Source of the DNA: an uncultured delta proteobacterium
Lineage (GTDB): Bacteria; Desulfobacterota; Binatia; UBA9968
Reading direction: 5' to 3'
Length of the DNA stretch: 64,000 nt
Assembly (NCBI GenBank): GCA_963755715.1
Contig: CAVWLW010000025.1
Location: forward strand, 32,001 to 96,000
Part shown: piece by piece, positions 1 to 9,655 of the stretch
Position numbering within the stretch: position 1 is the first letter of the stretch
How the letters are laid out: each line of letters begins with the position of its first letter
The notes under the pieces: model-generated
Told to the model about the DNA's origin: nothing
Database searches by the model: none
Seen by the model: only the letters and a program-made list of their open reading frames with translations
Position numbers and translations under genes: made by a program

Positions 1-644
1 TCGACTGCAAGGAGCCGGGCTGCATCGCGGCGACCCAAGATGCGCCGTCGATTCTCGATTCGCTGTGCGTCAATTGTCGGGAGCATTTCGCCACCGTGCA
101 ACGGCTGCTGCGCGAAACCAATGTCGAGTATACGCTCAATCCGCGCATGGTGCGCGGGCTGGATTACTACTGCCGGACGACGTTCGAATGGACGACCACG
201 CAATTAGGCTCGCAAAGCGCGGTTGCCGCGGGCGGGCGCTACGACGGGTTGGTCGAGCAACTCGGCGGACCGGCGATTCCCGGTGTGGGTTTTGCGCTGG
301 GCGTCGAGCGGCTGACGATGTTGCTCAAGATGCAAGAGAGCGCGGCGGCGAGCGGCCCGAGCCTTTATATCGTTTGGGTCGGCGAGAAGGCGCGCGATTG
401 GGCGTTTCCGCTGGTTCATCGTTTGCGCCAAAAAAATATCGCCGTCGAGATGGAAGGCGAAGCGCGCAGCTTAAAAAGCCAAATGCGCCGCGCCGATAAA
501 TTCAAAGCACGTTCGGTTTTGATCGTCGGCGAAGATGAGCTGGCGAAGGGCAAAGCGGTGCTGCGCGATATGGCGAGCAAGCGCCAGGATGAAATCAGCT
601 TGGATAGAATCGAGGCGGAGTTGACGGCGAGGAAGGCGAGTTAA
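1..644 (+). CDS. hisS: Histidine--tRNA ligase, 3' part (start lies upstream of the window)
   Basis: Frame is open from base 3 (DCKEPGC...). Contains RGLDYY, GGRYDGL and GFALGVERL motifs plus the C-terminal anticodon-binding domain. Abuts aspS. Confidence 0.96.
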   Translation, partial: DCKEPGCIAATQDAPSILDSLCVNCREHFATVQRLLRETNVEYTLNPRMVRGLDYYCRTTFEWTTTQLGSQSAVAAGGRYDGLVEQLGGPAIPGVGFALGVERLTMLLKMQESAAASGPSLYIVWVGEKARDWAFPLVHRLRQKNIAVEMEGEARSLKSQMRRADKFKARSVLIVGEDELAKGKAVLRDMASKRQDEISLDRIEAELTARKAS

Positions 645-2450
645 TGGCAACGGAACGAGTGTTCAACGATCAGTGGGGCGATTGGAAGCGCAGTTGTTAC
701 TGCGGCGAGCCGCGCGCGGCCGCGGTCGGCAAAGAAATGACCTTGGTCGGTTGGGTGCACAGCCGGCGCGATCACGGCGGGGTTATCTTCGTCGATCTGC
801 GCGATCGCAGCGGCATCTGTCAAATCGTTTTTCGACCGGAAGTCGATCCGGTGGGTCATGAGAAAGCCAAGCAGATTCGCTCCGAAGATGTGATCGCGGT
901 GCGCGGCACTTTGTCGAAACGATCCGCGGAAACGATCAACGCCGATCTCGCCACCGGCGAAGTCGAGCTGGTTTGCCAAGAGCTGCGCTTGCTCAACGCC
1001 TCGGCCGTGCCGCCGTTCATCATCGAAGATGAAACCGACGCCAATGAAAATACCCGGCTGAAATACCGCTATCTCGATCTGCGCCGGCCGCAGAGCTTGA
1101 GCCCTTTACTGCTGCGCTATCGCATGACGAAATTGATTCGGGATTATCTCGACGGTTTAGGATTCATCGACGTAGAAACGCCGGTGTTGACCAAAAGCAC
1201 GCCGGAGGGCGCGCGCGATTATTTAGTGCCGAGCCGGATCTACCACGGCAAGTTTTATGCGCTGCCGCAGTCGCCGCAGTTGTTCAAGCAGATTCTTATG
1301 GTCGGCGGCCTCGATCGCTATTTTCAGATCGTCAAGTGTTTTCGCGACGAGGATCTGCGCGCCGACCGCCAGCCGGAATTCACTCAACTCGACATGGAGA
1401 TGTCGTTCGTTCAACGCGAAGACGTGATGCAGGTGGTCGAGGGCATGATCTCGCTCCTATTCAAAGAATTGAAAGGCATCGAGCTCAAGCGGCCGTTCAC
1501 GAGCTTGACTTATGAGGAAGCGATGAGCCGTTTCGGCTCGGATAAGCCCGATATGCGCTTCGGTTTGGAGCTCAGGGATTTTACCGATGCGCTGCGCCAG
1601 TGCCAGGCGCGAGTTTTTGCCGCGGCGATTCAAAACGGCGGCGTGGTGAAAGGCATTCGCATTCCCAAGGGCGGGGAGCTTTCGCGCAAGGACTTGGATG
1701 ACATGACGCCCGTACGTGGCGACCTTCGGCGCCAAGGGCATCGCTTGGACTAAAATCACCGCGGAGGGTTGGCAGTCGCCTATCGCCAAGTTTTTGTCGG
1801 CAGCCGAACAAAAAGCGATCGAGCAAATCGCCGGAGCCGAGATCGGCGACGTGGTGTTGTTTTCCGCCGACAGCGCCAAGATCGTGCACGACGCGCTCGG
1901 CAATCTGCGCCTGTACCTGGGCGAAAAGCTGGCTTTGATTCCGGCAAAGGAATACGCCCTCGTTTGGGTGGTCGATTTTCCGCTGATGGAGTTCGATGCC
2001 GAAGAAAAGCGCTACGTGGCGCTGCATCATCCGTTCACAGCGCCGCTGGATGAGGACTTACCGTTGCTTGAAAGCGAGCCGGCAAAGAGCCGCTCCAAGG
2101 CCTATGACCTGGCGCTCAACGGCATCGAGATCGGCGGCGGCAGCATCCGAATCCATCACGTCGAGCTGCAAAAAAAAATTCTCGGTCTCATGGGCATCGG
2201 CGCTGAAGAAGCCGAAGCAAAGTTCGGTTTTTTTCTCGAAGCTTTGAGCTTCGGTGCGCCGCCGCACGGCGGCATCGCTTTTGGAATCGATCGGTTGGCG
2301 ATGCTCTTGAGCGGCGCCAAGTCGCTGCGCGACGTGATCGCGTTTCCCAAGAGCCAACGCGCCGTGTGCATGCTGACGGACGCGCCGTCGAGCGTTGAAA
2401 CACGCCAACTGCGCGAGCTGGGGATCCGCGTCACTGGGGTAGAAAAATAG
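644..2450 (+). CDS. aspS: Aspartate--tRNA ligase, probably the non-discriminating Asp/Asn type; +1 frameshift near 1710
   Basis: [41 protein letters not shown] and [15 protein letters not shown]. ORFs 644-1753 and 1716-2450 join if one C is removed from CCCGTAC. Confidence 0.96.
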
Positions 2451-2598
2451 TCAATTGTTAAAATTTGCTGTTAGTCACCAGGACTGACAATGACATTTTT
2501 TGATCAATTTCCGATTTACTAGCGCCGGCCAACCGGCAACTTGGCGCAGTTTTCGTCTTGAGGGGCACAGTCCATTCTGGTATTTCTGGATCGTTTCC

Positions 2599-3252
2599 AT
2601 GTCAAAGCTCATTCCATTACTCATTTTTCTGCTCGCCGGCTGCTTCGGCCCGGGCAATCTGCAGAGCAGGCATTCGACCGATTTGGAATCGCGCCGCATC
2701 CGGCGCATCGTCATCTTGCCGGCTTTGGAGACGGCCGGGTCGCAGGTAAAGGTCGCCCCCACGCCTGGCGAGCCCAAGAGTCCGGAGCGGGATCCTAACG
2801 ATACCTTGGCGCGGCTCATCTACCAGGTGATGAGCGGCCTGCCCAATTGGCAGATCGTTTCTGAGAGCGAAGCGCGGGAAGTCAGTCAAACGATTACGGC
2901 GTCGAATGAAGCGGCGCGCTTGCGCGAGCTCGGCGAGGCGGTTTATGCCGATGCGGTTCTCATCGGCCGGGTGCGGCGCTTCCGCGAGAGAGTCGGCGAC
3001 GAGTGGGGCGTCAAGAGTCCCGCTTCGGTGGCTTTCGTGTTGGAGCTCGTCGATGTGCGGCGCGGCGACGTGATTTGGTCGGCCAGCTTCGATGAAACAC
3101 AAAAATCATTGAGCGAAAATATTTTTGCCATCGGCGATATTATCAGCGAGCGCGGCGTGAGATGGCTGACCGCGGAGCAACTCGCTCACGAAGGCGTCAA
3201 AAAAGGCGTCGCGCAATTGCATCAGTTGATCGCCCGCGCCGCGATTTCTTAA
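2599..3252 (+). CDS. Predicted lipoprotein (CsgG/LpoB/DUF799-like alpha-beta fold)
   Basis: ATG at 2599 gives MSKLIPLLIFLLAGC (lipobox). The RRIVILP...ADAVLIGRV...VIWSASFD pattern fits this fold family. Confidence 0.7.
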   Translation: MSKLIPLLIFLLAGCFGPGNLQSRHSTDLESRRIRRIVILPALETAGSQVKVAPTPGEPKSPERDPNDTLARLIYQVMSGLPNWQIVSESEAREVSQTITASNEAARLRELGEAVYADAVLIGRVRRFRERVGDEWGVKSPASVAFVLELVDVRRGDVIWSASFDETQKSLSENIFAIGDIISERGVRWLTAEQLAHEGVKKGVAQLHQLIARAAIS

Positions 3253-3887
3253 ACGACTTCTGTTCCTGCACTCAGCTGCGTAACGATGCGCGCATCGGTT
3301 TGCAATTCCGAATCGATCGCCAAAGGCTTCGCGACACCCGCACTGATAATTTTCCCCAGTTCGGTCAGCTTGCGAGCGCTGCCGCGATCGAGAAGCAAGG
3401 TCTCGCCGCTGCTGAGCTCGAGCCGCAGCGCCGGCACTGGAAAGCGCTCCGCGGCGGTCGAGCCACCCAGCGCAAAACCGCTGTAGACGCGATCGATACC
3501 GAGGGTGACTCCAGCGATCTCGCTGCCCGTCGCCGTAAAGCCGACAGACCGATAGAGGCTTTGACGGCGCAGGCTGAGCCGCCCGGCGCCGGGGTCGATT
3601 TCGATCGTACGCCGCTGCGTCAGCAGAAAAAACGCAATGCCGAACAGAATCAGATTCATCAGCGGAAAATACCAAAGCGATCCCGCCGGGCCAACGAAAC
3701 CACGAATGCGAATGGCTTCGACGATCGGCACCGAGATAAACAGCAACAGCAGCGCGATACCTAAACAGAGAAACGCGGGGAAACGCGGACCTCGCCACAA
3801 CAGGCGGATGCTATCGGGGGTTTGCTCGACGACACGAAAACCGAGGCGAGTGCCGATGGCTTCAAACTGCGCGGGGTTCGCGTTCAT
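3249..3887 (-). CDS. Hypothetical membrane protein with two predicted TM segments
   Basis: 212 aa ORF with hydrophobic stretches FLCLGIALLLLFISVPIV and LMNLILFGIAFFLL, directly downstream of cofH on the same strand. Confidence 0.7.
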   Translation of the reverse strand: MNANPAQFEAIGTRLGFRVVEQTPDSIRLLWRGPRFPAFLCLGIALLLLFISVPIVEAIRIRGFVGPAGSLWYFPLMNLILFGIAFFLLTQRRTIEIDPGAGRLSLRRQSLYRSVGFTATGSEIAGVTLGIDRVYSGFALGGSTAAERFPVPALRLELSSGETLLLDRGSARKLTELGKIISAGVAKPLAIDSELQTDARIVTQLSAGTEVV

Positions 3888-3913
3888 AATTCGACGCCAA
3901 ATTGAGCGCGGAC

Positions 3914-5216
3914 TTACGCCTGATGCTTTGGCTCTTTCTGTTCGCGGTAAAAATCGCGGAAACGGTACGCTTTCAGGTGGATGAGATTTTGATAGGAGCC
4001 GAAGCGCTGCGCCGGGTCATTGACCTCGTCGAGGAGGTCGCGGTGCTGCGCTTCAGATTCAAACACGCGGACTTTTTGGTAAGTCGTCGATCGTTCGGCC
4101 GGAATGCGGCCCATCTCGCGGATCATGCCGCGGAACTGCGACGGCTTCATGAGTTGTCCGTAGGACGCGCCCGCGGCGGTCGATATGCTCTCGTTGATCA
4201 ACGTGCCGCCGAAATCGTTGGCGCCGGCGAGCAGCGCGATCTGCGACAGTTTGGGCCCTTCTTTCACCCACGAAACTTGCAGATTGGGAATATAATTATT
4301 CAACATTAGGCGCGACACCGCGTACATCTTCATGACTTCCGCGCCGCTGGCGCCGCGGCGCAAGCCGGCGGGGGGCTTGCGGTGAAACATCGGCGCTTCC
4401 TCGTAAACAAAGCTCAGCGGCACGAACTCGGTGATCCCGCCGGTGCGTTTTTGAATTTCCCGGAGAATATCCAAGTGAACCGCTTTGTCGCGCGCGCTTT
4501 CGATATAGCCGTACATGATCGTCGAGGTAGTTGGAATGCCGATCTCGTGCGCGGTTTGGATCAGCTCGATCCATTGCGCAACGCCGATCCGGCCCGGTGA
4601 AACCTGCTGGCGGATTGCATCGACTAAAACTTCCGCCGAAGTTCCGGGCAGACTGCCGACCCCCGCTTCCTTCAGCGCGAGGAGATAGTCGCGAACGGTG
4701 ACACCGGTCAGAGCTCGAACCGTAGAGCACTTCCTCGGGCGAAAAGCCGTGAATATGAATATCCGGCAGCGCTTCTTTTAGAGCGCGGCAGAGATTGACG
4801 TAATGCCAGCCATCGATGCCCGGCGCGAGGCCCGCTTGCACGCAGACTTCTGTCGCGCCCAGCTCCTGCGCTTCTTTGGCGCGCCGGATGACTTCTTCAA
4901 CGGGCAGGAAGTAGCCTTCTTCCGCTAGATGACCGCGGCTGAAGGCGCAAAAGCCGCAGGCCTTGACGCAGACGTTGGTGAAATTGATGTTGCGGTTGAT
5001 CACGTAGGTGACGACATCGCCGACGGTGCGCGCACGCAGGGCATCGGCAGCAGCGATGATGGCGAAAAGATCCGAGCCGTCGGCGTCGAAAAGACGGGCG
5101 GCCTCGTCGACGGTGATGTCATGACCGGAAAGAGCGCGATCTAAAATCTCGGCGGTGGGCTGCGAGACGGTTGTAAACAAGCGTTCGAGCGATGATTCGA
5201 GCTGGGGGCAATTCAT
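3914..5216 (-). CDS. cofH: FO synthase subunit 2 (CofH), radical SAM; frameshift near 4714
   Basis: VTYVINRNINFTNVCVKACGFCAFS (CxxxCxxC), HIHGFSPEE, TEFVPLSFV and NLQVSWVKEG...GANDFGGTLINESIS. ORFs 4296-5300 and 3914-4516 join across one indel. Confidence 0.85.
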
Positions 5217-5274
5217 GAGGCGACTGTAACTTTTCAGGACGGTAAACTCAACGACGGGTCGGAAAGAGATCTCT

Positions 5275-5807
5275 CTACGGCCGCAGCCAATAGCGGGCAA
5301 ATTCCTGAAGAAATGTCAGCGTCGTAAGATCGCGCATGCGGTCGAGATACACTTTGCCGTTCAAGTGATCGAACTCATGCTGAATCACGCGGGCGTGAAA
5401 GTCATTGGCGATAAAGTCGAGCGTGTTACCGCTACGGTCGAGGGCCTGAACGTGAATAGTTTTGTAGCGCGGCACCGACCCCGTAGATCGGGAATGCTGA
5501 GACAACCTTCCCAGTCTTCCTCCATTTCGTCGGACAGCGGCGTGATCTGTGGATTTACCAGAACCGTCAGCGGCACTTTCGCCTTATCGGGATAGCGGGG
5601 GTTGTCGGCGACCTCGAGTACGGCGACTTGCTTGGATTCGTGCACCTGGTCGGCGGCGAGACCGACGCCGTCGTATTCTTTCATGGTCTCGATCATATCG
5701 TCGATAAATTTTTGAATCTCCGGCGACTGTAGCTCCTGCGTGGAAATATTTTCCGTGACCTTGCGCAAAACAGGATGACCGAGACGCGAGACTTTCAGGA
5801 TCGCCAT
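5275..5807 (-). CDS. def: Peptide deformylase; frameshift near 5478
   Basis: GVGLAA, EGCLS and QHEFDHLNG motifs split over two frames. Confidence 0.95.
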
Positions 5808-5817
5808 GAAACGTTTC

Positions 5818-6066
5818 TTAACATAGGGGCAGGGGAGGAGAAAGAGCTCGTGTCGAGGATGGCTGCGTCAGTATTTCGATCATCCTAAAAAGATCCGTTA
5901 GCCTTCTCAAAAGGCGTGATTGCAAGACCCGACCCTCGGTTTTGCTCTGCTCCTTAAACTGGTCCATCGGTATGCCCGCTGAGCCTAAAACCCTGGCGAG
6001 CCTTGTCTCATAATCACCGTCAACCTCTAAAGTTGCAAGGTTTCGAAGCAACAAACAAATCGACAT
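5818..6066 (-). pseudogene. Lower-GC ORF fragment of unknown origin
   Basis: 82 aa ORF with no motif I recognise and an in-frame stop just upstream. Marks the left edge of the accessory region. Confidence 0.3.
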
Positions 6067-6270
6067 ACATATCTGGTGAGACGTCGGCTCATTTCAATGA
6101 GGGTAATGTCTTTTCCAGATTCGGCCCAGTTCCTGCGATTTCATAACGGGGCACACCGTGGCAGACATCAAGGAAAGCTGCATGGCTATCCCGTTAAATT
6201 AGTGTGACAAGCGCTTGGCTCAGGTTGCATTGCGTTGCGGTGGCTAGACAAATTTGTTTGACTTCATACG

Positions 6271-6489
6271 ATGGCTGATAAACGGGTTGTGGACGCTGTC
6301 AGGGTAACGGCCGACCACGCGACCTGTCCGTGCGGCGAGGTGATCGCCTTGGCGGATCCCGATGATTCTCCCCCTGCCCTCCGTGGCGGGAAAACAGTTT
6401 ATCTACCGCAGTTGGTTGGTATCGAGTGCCCCAAGTGCGGCGCCGAAGTGCGGTTGGATCGGAGAGATTTCACGCTGCGGGAGAATTGA
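6271..6489 (+). CDS. Small zinc-ribbon-like protein
   Basis: 72 aa with CPCG and CPKCG knuckles about 30 aa apart. Confidence 0.6.
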   Translation: MADKRVVDAVRVTADHATCPCGEVIALADPDDSPPALRGGKTVYLPQLVGIECPKCGAEVRLDRRDFTLREN

Positions 6490-6536
6490 ACTAGCGCAGT
6501 GATGCCGGAAAATATCGAAGGCGATAACTAGATATT

Positions 6537-6845
6537 ATGGCGAAGGACAAACCCAACAAACCAAGCCTTGCGGCACTCAAAGCTCGAATGGACTCGCTAC
6601 AGGAGCTCATTGCGTTCGAACGCGATGCTCCACGCCGTTTCGATCTAATACAGGAGCTACTCCTGACCAATGAATTGGTAGCGGAGATAGAAAAGGCGCA
6701 CAAGAATAAAATCGAAGATGCGAGCGGTGATTTGATGACCGCACGGCTGGTCAATCTAACGACTGAGATCGGTCAGCTCATTGTAAAAAGCAAACCGGTG
6801 CTCAATGCGGCTCTTTATCTGTTTTTGTTTACCACGCTGAACTGA
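6537..6845 (+). CDS. Hypothetical alpha-helical protein
   Basis: 102 aa ATG-started ORF, 47 bp after the zinc-ribbon gene, with an amphipathic helical pattern. Confidence 0.5.
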   Translation: MAKDKPNKPSLAALKARMDSLQELIAFERDAPRRFDLIQELLLTNELVAEIEKAHKNKIEDASGDLMTARLVNLTTEIGQLIVKSKPVLNAALYLFLFTTLN

Positions 6846-6913
6846 ATTGGACGTTGGTCGAGATTGCGTGTGCGATTAGCGCCCGTCTTCCAGGTGGTCG
6901 ATATGACCCTGAA

Positions 6914-7050
6914 CTATATTTCGATCATGTCGGCAATCCGATAACCAAGATCTGTAATCACGAGAATTTGCCCCTTTGAGTCGCGTTGATCTACGAGGTA
7001 GCTGTCAAGCAGTTCCTTAAGAGCTGACTCCCATTTGGCCACGTCCCTGT
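6914..7050 (-). pseudogene. C-terminal gene fragment resembling the tail of DUF4062-containing proteins
   Basis: RDVAKWESALKELLDSYLVDQRDSKGQILVITDLGYRIADMIEI* looks like a winged-helix tail that I recall from DUF4062 proteins. The 5' part is missing. Confidence 0.45.
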
Positions 7051-7093
7051 GGTCTATCACGTTATCTGTCGAGGCAATAACCGCCAAGCGATA
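7049..7093 (+). mobile_element. Very short N-terminal remnant of a Y1/REP-associated tyrosine transposase (RAYT/IS200-like)
   Basis: Translates as VVYHVICRGNNRQAI, matching the YHVxxRGNNRQxIF start motif of that family. Only 15 codons remain. Confidence 0.5.
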
Positions 7094-7448
7094 GTGGACG
7101 ACGACGAGTCGGTCCGCGACGCTCTTAGAGGATTTATCCAATCCGTCGGCTACGGAGCTGAAAATGTTCGCATCGGCTGAGGATTTCCTCGGCTCGGATA
7201 TTCTCGACAAGACAACCTGTTTGATCGTTGATCTTCATATGCCGGTCATGACCGGCTTGGAGCTCCAATGCCAATTATGCAACCGTCAATATCGGATTCC
7301 GATGATCTTCATCACCGCCCACGACGACCCGACGGCGCGAGCCAAGGCATTGAAATCCGGCGCAGTAGATTTACTGAGAAAGCCGTTCGCCGCAGAGGCT
7401 TTGTTAAACGCGATACAGGAGGCTGTCGATAGAAGAGTAAGTACTTAG
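7088..7448 (+). CDS. Stand-alone response regulator receiver (FixJ-like); native start replaced, extra A at 7161-7164
   Basis: AIVDDDESVRDAL...GAE then MFASAEDFL...VDLHMP...FITAH...LRKPF. Confidence 0.8.
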
Positions 7449-7616
7449 CGGGTTCTTTAGTGGCATGTCCTCGGCTGGCAAATTCGCCTTGCGCTTGTGC
7501 CGCAATGCAGACATGAGACGGCATGTTGACACAAACTTTCATCACGATTCAAAAACAATTCCGCCGCATGTTGCCACAAGTCACTGAACTCAGTTAGTTG
7601 CGCTCGTCAACAACGC

Positions 7617-7631
7617 TGGCACAGTCATTGC
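7617..7631 (+). promoter_or_regulatory. Sigma54 (-24/-12) promoter
   Basis: TGGCAC-AGTCA-TTGC with exact GG-N10-GC spacing, 72 bp upstream of an ORF that has an RBS. Confidence 0.75.
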
Positions 7632-7702
7632 CCTATCATTCTGTGAGGATGCGATCCGACTTCGACTTCCTTTGTTTGGAAGGTGAAAAGTGAAAGGACA
7701 CT

Positions 7703-7846
7703 ATGCGTAGCAGTATATCCTTATTGGCAATGTTGTTTCTCATCTCTGTTCTGATGACGGGATGCGGATGTCTGGCTGCCGATAGTCACGACAAATCCGA
7801 GTGCCGGAAATATCACACCGAATGGGGACATTACCACGGCGATTAA
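7703..7846 (+). CDS. 47 aa predicted small lipoprotein (below the ORF-track cutoff)
   Basis: RBS GAAAGGA. Sequence MRSSISLLAMLFLISVLMTGCGCLAADSHDKSECRKYHTEWGHYHGD* has a hydrophobic core and an MTGC lipobox. Confidence 0.7.
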   Translation: MRSSISLLAMLFLISVLMTGCGCLAADSHDKSECRKYHTEWGHYHGD

Positions 7847-7947
7847 AGCAGGCGGAAGGCCGCGCTTGCCGTCGAAGGTCAAAGGCACGAAGTCGCCCAA
7901 TGCGGCAAGCGTTGTAGATTTGAACGCAGAATTTCAGAGGGTAGGTT

Positions 7948-8742
7948 ATGGATTTGCAACTGATAAACAAAGTCGCATTGGTTACGGGCTCGACGGCGGG
8001 CATCGGTTTCGCCATTGGCGCAGGGTTGGCCGCCGAGGGAGCGAAGGTCATTATCAACGGCCGATCAGAGAAACGCGTTGACGAAGCGATCGCAATGATT
8101 CGGCAAAAACATCCTCAAGCCAGGCTTGCGGCATGCGCGGGCGATCTGAGCGACGCCGAGGTCGCACAGCGTGTCACCACCGACTTCCCCCAGGTCGACA
8201 TTTTGGTCAACAACCTTGGCGTTTACGACATCAAGCCTTTCGAAGCGATCTCGGATCACGAATGGCACGAAATTATTGAAACCAATTTCATGAGCGGCGT
8301 GCGCTTGAGCCGCCATTACCTGCCGGAAATGAAGGCGAGGAACTGGGGCAGGATCATTTTCATATCGAGCGAATCGGCGATCAACATTCCGGTGGAGATG
8401 ATCCATTACGGGGTGACCAAGACCATGCAGCTCGCCCTGGCGCGCGGACTTGCCGAGACGACGGCGGGGACAGCAGTGACCGTGAATTCGGTTTTGGCAG
8501 GTCCGACTCGCTCCGAGGGTGTGGAAAAGTTCGTCGATCAAATCGCACACTCCAGAGGCATCGAACAGTCGCATTTCGAGAAAGAGTTTTTCGCCACTGT
8601 TCGCCCTAGCTCGTTGCTCAAACGCTTCGCTAGCACCGACGAAGTAGCTTCATTGGTAATTTTCCTGGCTAGCCCGCTATCCTCCGCGATCAACGGAACG
8701 GCGCTGCGCGTGGATGGCGGCGTCGTGCGCTCGATCATTTGA
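7948..8742 (+). CDS. SDR family oxidoreductase
   Basis: TGSTAGIG, VNNLG and YGVTK motifs. Confidence 0.93.
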   Translation: MDLQLINKVALVTGSTAGIGFAIGAGLAAEGAKVIINGRSEKRVDEAIAMIRQKHPQARLAACAGDLSDAEVAQRVTTDFPQVDILVNNLGVYDIKPFEAISDHEWHEIIETNFMSGVRLSRHYLPEMKARNWGRIIFISSESAINIPVEMIHYGVTKTMQLALARGLAETTAGTAVTVNSVLAGPTRSEGVEKFVDQIAHSRGIEQSHFEKEFFATVRPSSLLKRFASTDEVASLVIFLASPLSSAINGTALRVDGGVVRSII

Positions 8743-9204
8743 TAGTTGATTTTCCAGGGGGTCAAATTCATCGCGGCGGCAAAAGCTCGCTGCTGATCGC
8801 TGCACCCTCGGTCGCCTATTTGTTTCCATAAGAGTCGTCGTAAACAGACTTCTCCTGCATGTGACGAATTTGATCGGCTCTCCTGCCGTCTTGCCACGCA
8901 GTTGATTATGACGAAGGAGCGTTAGGCTCTTTCAGTCGCGCAATTCTCCGCAGGCGGTCCGAGCCGACCGGCCGGCATCGCGTCGCCCTATCGGCTTTCA
9001 CTCGGCACGACGGTCATCCCTTGCCGGACGCCGGCGATTCTTTCGCCGTCACAAACGCAGGCATTTCGTGCACGTCGCTCTGGATCTCGGCGTTTAACTC
9101 GCGGCAACGGCAGATTTTTTTCATGGCATGAATTTGGCGCTTAGTTGAATTGGGATCAATCGATGACGCCGCCATCCTTGTCGGCGTCTTTCGAGGTGAA
9201 ATAA

Positions 9205-9580
9205 ATGTTGTCCCGGGTGATCGGGCGAATAAAGAAAATATGGCAGCGCCGACGTTCGTTATCGATGGCTTTGGCCGGCGGCGCTCTGTTGAACGGCTGC
9301 GCCGCGCTGGGAACCGATTCGGTCAAGGCGCCGGTAACGATCAGCGAAGTGATCCAAATGGGCAAGGAGAACGTTCCCGCCGATACCATCGTAAATAGGA
9401 TGCGCGAGAGCAAAGCCGTCTATCGCCTGAACGCAACAGGGTTGGTCCGATTGCACGATCAAGGAGTCCCCGATCCCGTCCTCAACTACATGCAACAGAC
9501 TTACCTCGACGCCGTCCGGCGTGAACAAGTTCAGGCCGATTGGAACACTTCGGGAAATGTGGCGCGATCACTTTTGGTAA
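9205..9580 (+). CDS. Predicted lipoprotein; probable frameshift near 9555 (corrected end ...MWRDHFW*)
   Basis: RBS GAGGTG, RRR plus LNGC lipobox, and the domain VTISEVIQMGKENVPADTIVNRMRESKAVYRL...GVPDPVLNYM. Confidence 0.7.
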
Positions 9581-9655
9581 ACAAGGAGAACGAGAAACGA
9601 TCAGCCGGCGCGGAGCATTCAAGAGAATCCGCTGGCCGGCAAGGAGAGAGTTATC

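Noticed and set aside
1700-1730. Programmed ribosomal frameshift in aspS (and likewise lysS, lpxD, waaA, pheA)
   Set aside because: No shared slippery heptamer or stimulatory structure is present. Scattered one-base indels fit sequencing error better.
9145-9159. FNR-like site TTGAATTGGGATCAA
   Set aside because: The spacing is one base longer than TTGAT-N4-ATCAA and the first half-site mismatches.
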